Assembly (NCBI GenBank): GCA_963843575.1
Contig: CAWJKZ010000025.1
Location: forward strand, 64,001-128,000
Reading direction: 5' to 3'
Length of the DNA stretch: 64,000 bases
Source: an uncultured Acidobacteriota bacterium
GTDB taxonomy: Bacteria; Acidobacteriota; UBA6911
A program made the position numbers and the translations under genes. Below the pieces are notes generated by a model. It was not told the DNA's origin, made no database searches, and saw nothing but the letters and a program-made list of their open reading frames with translations. This document shows, piece after piece, positions 17,681-31,820 of this stretch (the stretch's first letter is position 1; every line of letters starts with the position of its first letter).

Positions 17681-19080
17681 GGGGCGTTCTCCGCGGCAAC
17701 GACTTTCAGGCCGAAACTCAGGTAAGGCTCCCGGCGGTTGACGCGCTGCACGTACAGGGCGACTTCGCGGACGTGGTAATCGCCCCACATAGTGGATTCG
17801 CCGCACGGGATTTTGCGGCCCGGCGGGATGTAGTCCCACCCGTTCGGCCGGTGATAAACGGAGTGGAGCAGCAGCCCCTGATGTCCTTCGGCGACGCTGA
17901 GGTAGGGTTCCGCGAGCAGGGTGCGCAGTATCGTGAGGCCTGCCTGCCGGTACCGTCGTCCGGCCGGCTCCCGTCCGTTCCTGGACAGATGCGCGCCCAG
18001 CCTCAGGAAACCCTGGGCGGCGATGGCCGCGGCCGAGCTGTCCACGGGTTCCTGGTCGTTGTACGGGTCGGACGGGATTTCGAGGTCCCGGCCGTCCCGA
18101 TCGAGAGCCGGGGCGCCCGTATCCCAGTAGGGGACACCGTCGGTGGGAACGCACTGGATGTAGTAGTCGCAGACGGCTTCCGCGGCTCTCAGCAGGAGGG
18201 CGGAGGCCTGCGCCTTCCCACCGGACGACTCGAGTTCGGAATCGGAGACGGTGTCGAGAAACTCGAGGAGCTCGGCAAAGCCGCACACGGCCCACGCCAG
18301 CCCGCGGGTCCACGTGCTGAACGGAGAATAGCCCTGCTGGGTGGCCGGGCAACGGTAGTTGCCGTCCCGGATGTTGAATATGCTCTCGTGCGCCACGCGC
18401 CCGCGGACGTCGTAGGTGTCCCGCCCCTCGCCATAGTAGACGGCATGGCGGGCCGTAACGCGGGCATGCCGTACCAGGCGCTCGAGCAGCGAGACACGCC
18501 GGTCGTTCTCCGTCGCCAGGCTGTAGCCGAGCTGGTGCGCAACACCCAGGATTCGCAAGGTGCGGATCGTGTCGATAAACAGGGAGTGAGGTCCGTTGAA
18601 CGAGTAGATGTAGCCGTCGCCGTCGGGGAGCGCCGTCCACCGGCGGGCCTGCGTCGCGCCGGAACAGCCCAGGGCCAGGGCATAAAACCTCTCTTCCCAG
18701 GCGCAGGCGTCGATCCTTTTTTCGCGCGCGAGGCGCAGCAGGTTGCCATAGGTGCTGACGTTATTGAAGCCGTGGTCATGCACCCCAGCGTGTGTGAGGT
18801 GCCCCGACATCCGTTCCAGGGTGCGGCTTCGGCCAAGCTCCAGGAAACTGGCGTCCCCGGTCGCATCGAACTGCAGGATGGCCGAGCCGTACCGAAACCC
18901 CTGAGTCCACTCCGTCCACCCGCGCGACGTATACACGCCTGCCGCGGTGAAGACGGGTGCACCGGTGGAGGAGCCGGCGGACTGCTCGATCGCGAGGATC
19001 TTCGGGGCGGATGCCTGCCACAGCCGGTCGATGGCGGGCTGCAGGGAAGCGGGCTGCAGTCCGAAGTCTATCTTCAACAT
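17677..19080 (-). CDS. GH88-like unsaturated glucuronyl hydrolase
   Basis: WTEWTQGF, HDHGF, QQGYS..STWTRGLAW, YWD, DSSAAAIA, WGDY. Confidence 0.8.
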   Translation of the reverse strand: MLKIDFGLQPASLQPAIDRLWQASAPKILAIEQSAGSSTGAPVFTAAGVYTSRGWTEWTQGFRYGSAILQFDATGDASFLELGRSRTLERMSGHLTHAGVHDHGFNNVSTYGNLLRLAREKRIDACAWEERFYALALGCSGATQARRWTALPDGDGYIYSFNGPHSLFIDTIRTLRILGVAHQLGYSLATENDRRVSLLERLVRHARVTARHAVYYGEGRDTYDVRGRVAHESIFNIRDGNYRCPATQQGYSPFSTWTRGLAWAVCGFAELLEFLDTVSDSELESSGGKAQASALLLRAAEAVCDYYIQCVPTDGVPYWDTGAPALDRDGRDLEIPSDPYNDQEPVDSSAAAIAAQGFLRLGAHLSRNGREPAGRRYRQAGLTILRTLLAEPYLSVAEGHQGLLLHSVYHRPNGWDYIPPGRKIPCGESTMWGDYHVREVALYVQRVNRREPYLSFGLKVVAAENAP

Positions 19081-19260
19081 TTCAGGCCTCTTCAGGCCAA
19101 CCCTATACGAACCGGCGCTTTGCGTTCAAGCACAATCCCCTGCCCGAGCCGGGCGGTCGCCGCAGCCTACTCCTACCCGCAAGCCTGGATGGGCGCGTGG
19201 TGAGCCGTGTTGACAACTTCCCGGGGGGTCTGCTATCAATCAGCCATACCCGGAGCCCAT

Positions 19261-20079
19261 ATGTCTTCATACGCGCCGCAAACCGCGGCCGCCGAGCCGG
19301 AGCAGGCGCACGAGAACCTGCAGATCATCGCGCACGAGAGAACTCACAGGAAAGTGCTGGACATCTTCGCGCGCTTCCCCTACCGCGGGCAACTCCTCGA
19401 GGTCCCCGCAGGTGAAGGGGCGCTGGCCTGGCGGCTTCAGAAGCTCGGGTACAGCGTGATCGCCGGCGACATCGATCCGAAGTTTTTCAAGGTGGGCTCG
19501 ATCCCCTGCATCCGGGTCGACCTCAATGCCCGGTTCCCAATCGAAGACGGGCGGTTCCAGTTCGTGAGCTGCATCGAGGGAATCGAGCACTTGCAGGACC
19601 AGTTCCACTTCGTACGCGAGTGCCACCGGGTCCTTGCTCCGGGCGGACACCTGGTGCTGTCGACGCCAAACATCCTGAACCTGGCGTCCAGGCTGAAATT
19701 CCTGCTCTCCGGCTTCTACTCGCTGGTGCCCCGCCCAATCAACGAGTTCAGCCAGGTCCCCGTTTTCGACCACATCAACCCGGTCACCTATTACCAGCTC
19801 CGCTACATGCTGCACACCCAGGGGTTCGAAATCACACAGGTGACCACGGACTTTCCGCGCCGCAGTTCCATCGGCCTCTATTTCCTGAGGCCGCTCGTGG
19901 GCCTCTACACGCGCCGCACCATGCGCAAGGAATCGGACCCGCAACAGCGGAAGGCGAACGTGCAGATCCGACGCGTGCTCACCTCGCCGCCGGTTTTGCT
20001 CGGCCGCACTCTCATCCTGGTGGCCCGCAAGCACGCCCCGCGACAGGTGGTGCGCACGATACTCGCGTCGGACTTCTGA
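19261..20079 (+). CDS. Class I SAM-dependent methyltransferase
   Basis: LLEVPAGEG, EGIEHL, RVLAPGG.LVLSTPN. Confidence 0.8.
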   Translation: MSSYAPQTAAAEPEQAHENLQIIAHERTHRKVLDIFARFPYRGQLLEVPAGEGALAWRLQKLGYSVIAGDIDPKFFKVGSIPCIRVDLNARFPIEDGRFQFVSCIEGIEHLQDQFHFVRECHRVLAPGGHLVLSTPNILNLASRLKFLLSGFYSLVPRPINEFSQVPVFDHINPVTYYQLRYMLHTQGFEITQVTTDFPRRSSIGLYFLRPLVGLYTRRTMRKESDPQQRKANVQIRRVLTSPPVLLGRTLILVARKHAPRQVVRTILASDF

Positions 20080-20085
20080 CCGGGC

Positions 20086-20279
20086 GCTGTCCAACGGTGG
20101 ACGTTCAATCCGGACGAACTGAAGTAATCTGGAGTGCGGCGGCTCGGCGCCGCTTTCACTCGTCCAACGGCAGGAATGCTCGGCGCCTCGGCGCCACGAC
20201 GAATTGCGACATGCGACCCTGCGACCTCGGCCTTTGGTGGCGTCGAGCCGCCGCACTCCATAATCAACCGTTGGACAGC
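20086..20279 (-). repeat. Repeat family A, complete copy inverted relative to 7487-7699
   Basis: GCTGTCCAACGGT...ACCGTTGGACAGC ends; shared internal sequence. Confidence 0.85.
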
Positions 20280-20347
20280 CTCAGAAGCCACTTGTTTTAC
20301 TGGCAGGTCGGGTGGATTAACCGTTGGCCGGCCCCTGAGGCCCGGAC

Positions 20348-21673
20348 TCACCGGAAGGTGTACGAGAGACCGACCAGGGGAATGACCTTGTCCCGCAGAC
20401 CGCCTGAATTGAGAGCAAAGAGCACGTTGGCCGTCAGGAGCAGTCGGCCAGCGACGTTGTACTTCAGCCCCGCGGCCGCGTCCGCCACGCTGTAGGAGGC
20501 CTTCTCCAGGACGATCTGGTGGTAGGTCTGCCCGTCCGGCGCAGATGCGACGAAGTCTCCCGGCATCACCCGAGCGCCGTCGAAGACCCGTTGGGTCAGC
20601 AGGTCGGCGGAAAAAGTCAGGCCCCGGGCCAGCTGCGCGTCGGCGCCGGCCGCAAAGAAAAACTGGTCGGGCAGCGGCGCCTTGGTCTGTGCGGCGATGT
20701 TCCCGGCCAGGATGGACTTGCCGTTCCACTGGTAACCGACGTTAAGGTGAGGCGAAAGGGGGCCGGTGCGCAAGGACACGGCTGCGAAGGGCTTCACGCC
20801 GACCGCACCCGATCCGAGGAAATTGAGTTCGTCTCCTGTGGGGAGCCGCACGTCGGCCGCGAGCGCAACGGACACGTTTTCGCCGTGAAATGCCGTTCCT
20901 TTTACGCGCAGCAGGATGTCACCGATGCCGCTGGCATCGTTCCGGTCCGAGAACAGGGCGCGGGTGCTGTGTTCTGGGTCCGACGCGTCAAAGAAGTGCG
21001 CCTGCCCGAACACCGGGTCGGGCGGGGCGATCCGGTGTATGGAAGCCGTCGAGTGCACACTCATGTTCACCTTCAGGATCGGTACGGCAATGGAAACGTC
21101 GAGCCAGTTTGTCGCCCCGATCGTACCGAAGAGCGTGAACTGGTCCACCTTCAGTTCCACCGAGTTCTCCGTGGTGATGAAATCCTTCTTGAACGCGAAA
21201 TCGCCCGGGGGTTCGTCCGAGTGCAGGAACACGGCGGGGAAGTTGTTAACATCGAACCCGTCGATCTTGTCGAAACCGAACCTCTGGTAGGTGACCCCGA
21301 AGAACACCTTCCCCTTACCGATGGTTTCCGCCCGCTCGGTGAGAACAGGGCCGAAGCTCTGCGCGGAGCGCGTGTATACTCCCGCGGTCCGGTCGAAGCT
21401 GTAGGTAAACCCGGAGGCCGGGGAGGCCAGCGGCAGCAGCGTGAGTTGGCTGGCGATGGCGCTGTTGAGCGGCGTGAAGTTCTGCTGGAAGTCGTTGTCG
21501 AAATGGGCCCGGTGAAAGTTGTTGGGAAGTGTGAGACCCGTCTTTCCGAACACGTTCGGGATCAGGCATCCCAGTTTCGAATTGTCCGCGCACACGCCAC
21601 CCGTCTGGGCGAGCGCGAGCGGGCAAAGCGCGGAGAGAGACAGTACCGCAAACAGAAGCGACCTTCTGGCCAT
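20348..21673 (-). CDS. Secreted outer-membrane beta-barrel ('transporter'/MetA-pathway-like) protein
   Basis: Signal peptide; SGIGDILLRVK..LPTGD..LGSG motif; C-terminal VGLSYTF. Confidence 0.65.
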   Translation of the reverse strand: MARRSLLFAVLSLSALCPLALAQTGGVCADNSKLGCLIPNVFGKTGLTLPNNFHRAHFDNDFQQNFTPLNSAIASQLTLLPLASPASGFTYSFDRTAGVYTRSAQSFGPVLTERAETIGKGKVFFGVTYQRFGFDKIDGFDVNNFPAVFLHSDEPPGDFAFKKDFITTENSVELKVDQFTLFGTIGATNWLDVSIAVPILKVNMSVHSTASIHRIAPPDPVFGQAHFFDASDPEHSTRALFSDRNDASGIGDILLRVKGTAFHGENVSVALAADVRLPTGDELNFLGSGAVGVKPFAAVSLRTGPLSPHLNVGYQWNGKSILAGNIAAQTKAPLPDQFFFAAGADAQLARGLTFSADLLTQRVFDGARVMPGDFVASAPDGQTYHQIVLEKASYSVADAAAGLKYNVAGRLLLTANVLFALNSGGLRDKVIPLVGLSYTFR

Positions 21674-21767
21674 TGGTGCCTTTCCTTCCTTGATGTTGAA
21701 GCCACCTGCACCCATGTGATGATGCCGACGTCTCCCGTAGACGCCACGCCCGGTTATGCCTGAACCA

Positions 21768-26661
<4,894 letters not shown>

Positions 26662-26732
26662 GATCTTCCAGCTTGCGTTCGCGCGCCCGCACCCAAGTCT
26701 CCCGGAAGGCCGGAAGCCGCCCGGGCAACAGT

Positions 26733-27503
26733 TCAGTCGGGACTATACCGGAGCATCACCGCCGTGATGTTGTCTCTCCCCCCCGCCGCGTTTGCCGCCG
26801 CGATCAGGTCGTCTACGGTACTTTTCAGGCTTCTGCCATTGGCGGACACAATGCCGAGGATCTCACCTTGGCCGAGCATTCCGTGCAAGCCGTCGGAGCA
26901 AAGAAGGAACGATTGTCCGCTCTGCACGGGCTGTTCGAACACCTCGACGTCGATGGTCTCTCGGGCCCCGACCGCCTTGGTGACAATGGAACGTAGGGGG
27001 TGCGACGGAATCGCCTCCGCCTTGAGGATCCCCGCCGAGTAGGCCGCCTGAACCCAAGAGTCGTCGGTGGTGAGCTGCTCGAGCTTCCCGGGCAGGACTC
27101 GGTAGGCCCGGCAGTCGCCTGCGCTGCAGATGTTCAGGAGGCCTTCGTCGGCAAGCGCCGCGACGATGGTCGTCCCCATGCCGGTGTATTCCTGCCGGCT
27201 GTCGGCCTCCCGCCACACGCGGCGATTGGCAAGCAGCACCGCTGTGCGGAGACGGTTGGCGCCGTACGAGAGGCCGGGTTCAATGCCGAATGGCCACGTC
27301 AGCTTTTCGAATTCGCGGCTGCGCCGGATGAAGGCCGCAATCGTTTCGACGGCGAGACTCGAGGCGACTTCACCCGCGTTGTGGCCACCCATGCCGTCGG
27401 CGACTATATACAGACCAGCGTCGTCGTCCACGAGGAGGCTGTCCTCGTTGAGCTGGCGACGGTGCCCGACATCGGTCGCACCGAAGCTTTCGATTCCAAT
27501 CAC
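26733..27503 (-). CDS. PP2C-family Ser/Thr phosphatase (Stp1/PrpC-like)
   Basis: TDVGHRRQLNED, VADGMGGH, GMGTT, LCSDGLH, GGRDNIT. Confidence 0.92.
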   Translation of the reverse strand: MIGIESFGATDVGHRRQLNEDSLLVDDDAGLYIVADGMGGHNAGEVASSLAVETIAAFIRRSREFEKLTWPFGIEPGLSYGANRLRTAVLLANRRVWREADSRQEYTGMGTTIVAALADEGLLNICSAGDCRAYRVLPGKLEQLTTDDSWVQAAYSAGILKAEAIPSHPLRSIVTKAVGARETIDVEVFEQPVQSGQSFLLCSDGLHGMLGQGEILGIVSANGRSLKSTVDDLIAAANAAGGRDNITAVMLRYSPD

Positions 27504-27673
27504 GTACTTTGCTTTCCCGAGAGAGCCTGAAAATCCCTACACCCTTGTTGGCAAAAGTTTAACATCGGTACGGGTGCCCGTCAACGGTGGGGCGTGCGCA
27601 AATCAAGACTGGAGCGGCTCGAGCACCGAGACTCGGAGGGCTCGAACCGTCGCGGGGATCCACTGCCCGGGCT

Positions 27674-27867
27674 AGGGGTCTGCCACAGAATAACAGGTCC
27701 ACTTTGCTGCAGGCCTGCGGGCCGCAGTCCGGAGGGGCGCGGCGCCGGGCGGGCATCTGCGGCATAGCCGCTCCTCGACGATGTGACCACATTGCCTGCG
27801 TCGCGGCGCCTTGCATCTGCCGCCCGGTGCTCGCGCCAAAATGCGAACTGATTCTTGCGCGAACCCT
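27674..27867 (+). repeat. Repeat family C MITE-like copy (left TIR degenerate)
   Basis: Core gcatctgcggc..gccgctcctcgacgatgt..cacat.gcctgcgtcgcggcgccttgcatctg and right TIR match 47606-47848. Confidence 0.8.
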
Positions 27868-28047
27868 AAGGGGTCGATTGCATGGATACGGTGAGGTTTT
27901 TTCGGACGCGGATGGACGCGAACCCACATGGTGCGCGCCGGCTGCGCGACTTCCGATTGCGGGCATTGTCGCCTTGTCGCTATTCGGGGGGCGGGCGGCT
28001 CGGCGCCGCCCCCCGCGAGAGCGGCGTCGAGCCGCTACGCTTGCATA

Positions 28048-29901
28048 TCAGAACAGGTCCGGGACCTTGGTCATGTCGGGCGGTTCGGTTCCCTGGTCGT
28101 GAGCGGGGACGGCGCGGCTGGCAATGTAGTCGCCGGTGGTCATGTCCTTGTAGCCTTGGCCGGGGCCTACCATCGGGTAAACGCACGCGTCCTGATCGAT
28201 CATGACTTCGAGGAAAGCGGGTCCGGGGTGTTTCAGGAACTCCGTCAGCACCTCTTTCACCCTGGCCTTGTCGGACAGGCGGGCCGCGAAGGTAAAGCCG
28301 TCCGCCTCGGCAGCCTTGACGAAGTCCTTCGAGTGAAGCGACTTGTCGGTGCCCGAGAAGCGGTTTCCGAAGTACATCTTCTGCCACTGGCGCACCATGC
28401 CGTCGCCCAGGTTGTTCAGCAGCAGAACCTTCACCGGGAGATTGTAGGTGGTCACCGTTTCCAGCTCGCCGAGGTTCATCCTGATGCTGCCGTCCCCATC
28501 GACGTCGATGACCAGGCGTTCGGGACAGGCGACCTGGGCGCCGATAGCGGCAGGCAGACCGAATCCCATGGTGCCCATCGATCCCGAGGTGATCCAGGAC
28601 CTGGGGCGTTTGAAATCGAAGTACTGGGCGGCCCACATCTGGTGCTGCCCGACCCCGGTGGTGACGATGGCTTCGCCGCGGGTGAGTTCGTTCAGGCACT
28701 CAATGACATAGTACGGCTGGATTTTTTCGCTCTCCCGGTCGTAGTTCAGCGCGTGTTTCTTGCGCAGCTTCTGGACGTGGGTGAGCCATTTCGAGAAGTC
28801 CTTTTTAAAGGTCTTCCGCGCCGCCAGGAGGTCTTCTATGGCGGTCTTGGCGTTTCCGACGTGTGACCAGTTGACCCTTTTCACCTTCCCTATTTCGGCC
28901 GCATCGATGTCGATATGGGCGAAGAACCGTGCCTTGGGGGCGAACTCGGAGACTTTCCCCGCGACCCGATCGTCAAACCGGGCGCCGACACAGATGAGGA
29001 AATCGCAGTCCTCGACGGCGTAGTTGGCGTAGGCCATGCCGTGCATGCCCAGCATGTGCAGGGCCAGGGGGCTGGTCGTGTCCATCGACCCGATTCCCAT
29101 CAGGGTCGTGACCACGGGGATCTGGAGCGTCTCGGAGAACCTGCGCAGCTGCTCGGACGCGCCTCCATTGATGATGCCTCCCCCGGCGTATATGAGCGGG
29201 CGCTCGCTGCGCCGGAGCAGGTCGTAGAAGCCGGCGCACTTCTCCTCCGGAACACGCGACGCGCTCAGCGCCCTCATGCGCCCCTCGTAGCCGCGGTAGC
29301 TGAGCAGGCCGCCTCCCTTGAAGAATCCCTCCCAGTTCTGGACGTCTTTCGGTACGTCAATCACCACCGGGCCCGGCCGGCCGCTGCGGGCGATCGCGAA
29401 CGCCGTGCGGACGGTGGCCTCGAGCTCCTCCGGGTCCTCGACGAGGAAGACGTGCTTGGCGCAGGAGCTCATGACGTTGAAGACGGGAGCTTCCTGGAAC
29501 GCGTCCGTACCGATGGAGTGGCGCGGCACCTGGCCGCAGATCAGCACGACGGGGATGGAGTCGGCCATGCAGTCGCGGATCGGGGTGACGCTGTTGGTGG
29601 CTCCCGGGCCGGAGGTTACGAGGAACACTCCCACCTGGCCGCTCGCCCTGGCGTAACCCGCCGCCATGAATCCCGCCCCCTGTTCATTGGCGGGGACGAT
29701 GAGCCGGATCTGCTCCTCCCGGTCTCCCTTGTGGGCTGCATTGAACCTGAAAATGGCGTCGTAGGTGGGGAGGATCGCCCCCCCGCTGTAGCCGAATATC
29801 GTGTCGACGCCTTCGTCCGCCAGCACCTGGATGATCATCTCCGCGCCGCTCATGCGTTTTCCGGCGAAAGGGTGCGCGTTTGCTTCCGATCGTGCTCTCA
29901 T
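28048..29901 (-). CDS. ilvB: Acetolactate synthase large subunit
   Basis: FGYSGGAILP, EQGAGF, TSGPGATN, GTDAFQE, GQHQMW, GDGS..NN; SD GGGAGGA. Confidence 0.95.
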   Translation of the reverse strand: MRARSEANAHPFAGKRMSGAEMIIQVLADEGVDTIFGYSGGAILPTYDAIFRFNAAHKGDREEQIRLIVPANEQGAGFMAAGYARASGQVGVFLVTSGPGATNSVTPIRDCMADSIPVVLICGQVPRHSIGTDAFQEAPVFNVMSSCAKHVFLVEDPEELEATVRTAFAIARSGRPGPVVIDVPKDVQNWEGFFKGGGLLSYRGYEGRMRALSASRVPEEKCAGFYDLLRRSERPLIYAGGGIINGGASEQLRRFSETLQIPVVTTLMGIGSMDTTSPLALHMLGMHGMAYANYAVEDCDFLICVGARFDDRVAGKVSEFAPKARFFAHIDIDAAEIGKVKRVNWSHVGNAKTAIEDLLAARKTFKKDFSKWLTHVQKLRKKHALNYDRESEKIQPYYVIECLNELTRGEAIVTTGVGQHQMWAAQYFDFKRPRSWITSGSMGTMGFGLPAAIGAQVACPERLVIDVDGDGSIRMNLGELETVTTYNLPVKVLLLNNLGDGMVRQWQKMYFGNRFSGTDKSLHSKDFVKAAEADGFTFAARLSDKARVKEVLTEFLKHPGPAFLEVMIDQDACVYPMVGPGQGYKDMTTGDYIASRAVPAHDQGTEPPDMTKVPDLF

Positions 29902-29953
29902 AAGGTCCTCCCAAACCGATTTACCCGCTGCGCCTGCATCTCGATCACCGCGC

Positions 29954-30517
29954 TCATTGGTGCGCCGCCATGGCGGATCCCTTGGCACCCTCGCTGTCTG
30001 CCGACCTGCGGTGCAGGGCGACCTTGCCCGTTCTGACCATTTCGTCGATCCCGTAAGGCCGGACGACGTCCAGGAACGCCTCCACCTTCCCCGTGTCGCC
30101 TGTGACCTCGAAGACATAGTTCTCGGGCGTCGCGGTCACGACCCGCGCACGGAAGATCTCCGCCTCGCCCAGGAGCGTCGTCCTCTTCCCTTCCGCGGCC
30201 CGCACTCGCACCAGGACAAGCTCCCGCTCGACGGTGTTGGCGTCGGTCAGGTCCACGGCCTCCACCACGTCGACGAGCTTGTTCACCTGCTTGAGGATCT
30301 GCTGTGCGAAGAGAGGCGCGCACCGCACCACCATCGTGATGCGGGAGAGGCCGGTGTCGGCGCTCCCCGCCACGGTCAGGCTTTCGATGTTGTACCCGCG
30401 CGCGCTGAACAGACCCGCCACGCGGGCCAGCACGCCGAACTTGTTCTCCACCAGGACCGAGATGGTGCGTGTGGGCCGGTCGAGTTCCGGAGTGTCTTGC
30501 GGTGGACGGTTAAGCAT
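29954..30517 (-). CDS. ilvN: Acetolactate synthase small regulatory subunit
   Basis: ISVLVENKFGVLARVAGLFSARGYNIESLTV, ERELVL, EMVRTG. Confidence 0.95.
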   Translation of the reverse strand: MLNRPPQDTPELDRPTRTISVLVENKFGVLARVAGLFSARGYNIESLTVAGSADTGLSRITMVVRCAPLFAQQILKQVNKLVDVVEAVDLTDANTVERELVLVRVRAAEGKRTTLLGEAEIFRARVVTATPENYVFEVTGDTGKVEAFLDVVRPYGIDEMVRTGKVALHRRSADSEGAKGSAMAAHQ

Positions 30518-30545
30518 GGTTCCGAGGCCTCCTGTTGCCTGCGCC

Positions 30546-30585
30546 AAAAAGAAAAGGGCCGTCATCCCGGTTCGGGTGACGGCCC
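30546..30585 (-). terminator. ilv attenuator terminator
   Basis: GGGCCGTCACCC-GAACC-GGGATGACGGCCC followed by TTTTCTTTTT. Confidence 0.9.
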
Positions 30586-30610
30586 CTGGTGTTCCAGGTT
30601 CTCCTAGCCG

Positions 30611-30727
30611 TCATCCGAACCGCACGAGGCGGACGATGATAATGCCGATAATAAGTACGAGTACTACGGACAGGGATGTATCGCGCGCTGCGGTCCGGCC
30701 AAATTCGTTCAGGCTCTTCAGTGACAT
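30611..30727 (-). CDS. ilvL: ilv leader peptide MSLKSLNEFGRTAARDTSLSVVLVLIIGIIIVRLVRFG
   Basis: Run of Val/Leu/Ile codons; its 3' end GGTTCGGATGACGGC pairs with the terminator 5' arm. Confidence 0.88.
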   Translation of the reverse strand: MSLKSLNEFGRTAARDTSLSVVLVLIIGIIIVRLVRFG

Positions 30728-30736
30728 CGGATCGTG

Positions 30737-30765
30737 AAGCTATCAGTATCGCTCGACCAAGTCAA
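30737..30765 (-). promoter_or_regulatory. Promoter of the ilv leader (near-leaderless)
   Basis: TTGACT-17 nt-TAGCTT with extended TG; the -10 ends 9 nt before the leader ATG. Confidence 0.65.
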
Positions 30766-30878
30766 CAGTTTTGGTAATGAGTAGCCCCGCGGCGGCGCGA
30801 CGCCCGCCCTCCACATTCACCTGCCGCAATCTCGAAGGGATTGAAACAGGACCTCCATAGGGATTATGTTTCCTGCCG

Positions 30879-31811
30879 ATGGAACCTGGCGGAAACGCGG
30901 CGAAAATCGTCGTCACATTCGAGGGCGGGCCGGAGCAGGTCATCGAACTGGCCGATCGTCTCACGGTGGGTCGCTCGACGACCAACCAGCTCGTCCTGGA
31001 AGATCAGAAAGCCTCCCGCAACCACGCCGAGATCCGGCATCTGGGGGGCGGCCGATACCGGGTGAGCGACCTTGGCAGCGCCAACGGCACGTGGCTTAAC
31101 GGCCGCCGCGTCACCGCCCCCAGGGAATTGGAAAACGGGGATCAGCTCGTCATCGGCGCCACGCGGCTCCGTTTCGTGGCGCAGGTCAATGCGGAGGTGC
31201 AGAACGCGGTGTCGGCGACGGGGACGGCGCTGTTCCTGCGCGACGAAAAGGTCGTCGTTCTGGTCGCAGACATCCGCAACTACACCTCGATGAGCGAGGT
31301 CCTGCCCGGGCGCGGATTTTCCCGGATCGTCTCCGACTGGTTTCGTCAGGCCAGCGAGATCATCGAGAAGCACGGGGGCACGATCGACAAATTCATCGGG
31401 GACGCCGTGATGGCCTACTGGGTCAGCGCGAGCCGGTCCGACCCGTCCAACGAGGTAAACGCGGCGCTGCGCACGGCCCTCGGTCTGATCGACCGGGCTA
31501 CTTCGTTTTCCGCCCGCCTCGGGGCCGAGTTCCCCGGGCACTCTTTCCGCATCGGGGTGGGATTGAACGTCGGCGACGCGATGCTGGGCAACGTCGGCAC
31601 CGGCGAGAACCAGTCCTTCACGGTGGTCGGGGACAGCGTCAACGTCGCGTTCCGTCTCGAATCGCTCACCAAGGAGAAATCCACGCCCGTCGTGGTCAGC
31701 CGCAGCATCGTGGATGCAGCCGACCGGGGGTTCGGCTTCCAGGACCTCGGGCTGGGCGAGGTGAAGGGGCGCAAGGAGCCGGTTTCCATCTGGGCGCTCG
31801 AGCTGCCGTAA
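30879..31811 (+). CDS. FHA domain + class III adenylate cyclase
   Basis: FHA VGRS, SRNHAEI, DLGSANGT; cyclase VADIRNYT, DKFIGDAVMA, TVVGDSVNVAFRLE. Confidence 0.9.
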   Translation: MEPGGNAAKIVVTFEGGPEQVIELADRLTVGRSTTNQLVLEDQKASRNHAEIRHLGGGRYRVSDLGSANGTWLNGRRVTAPRELENGDQLVIGATRLRFVAQVNAEVQNAVSATGTALFLRDEKVVVLVADIRNYTSMSEVLPGRGFSRIVSDWFRQASEIIEKHGGTIDKFIGDAVMAYWVSASRSDPSNEVNAALRTALGLIDRATSFSARLGAEFPGHSFRIGVGLNVGDAMLGNVGTGENQSFTVVGDSVNVAFRLESLTKEKSTPVVVSRSIVDAADRGFGFQDLGLGEVKGRKEPVSIWALELP

Positions 31812-31820
31812 CCCTGCCAT

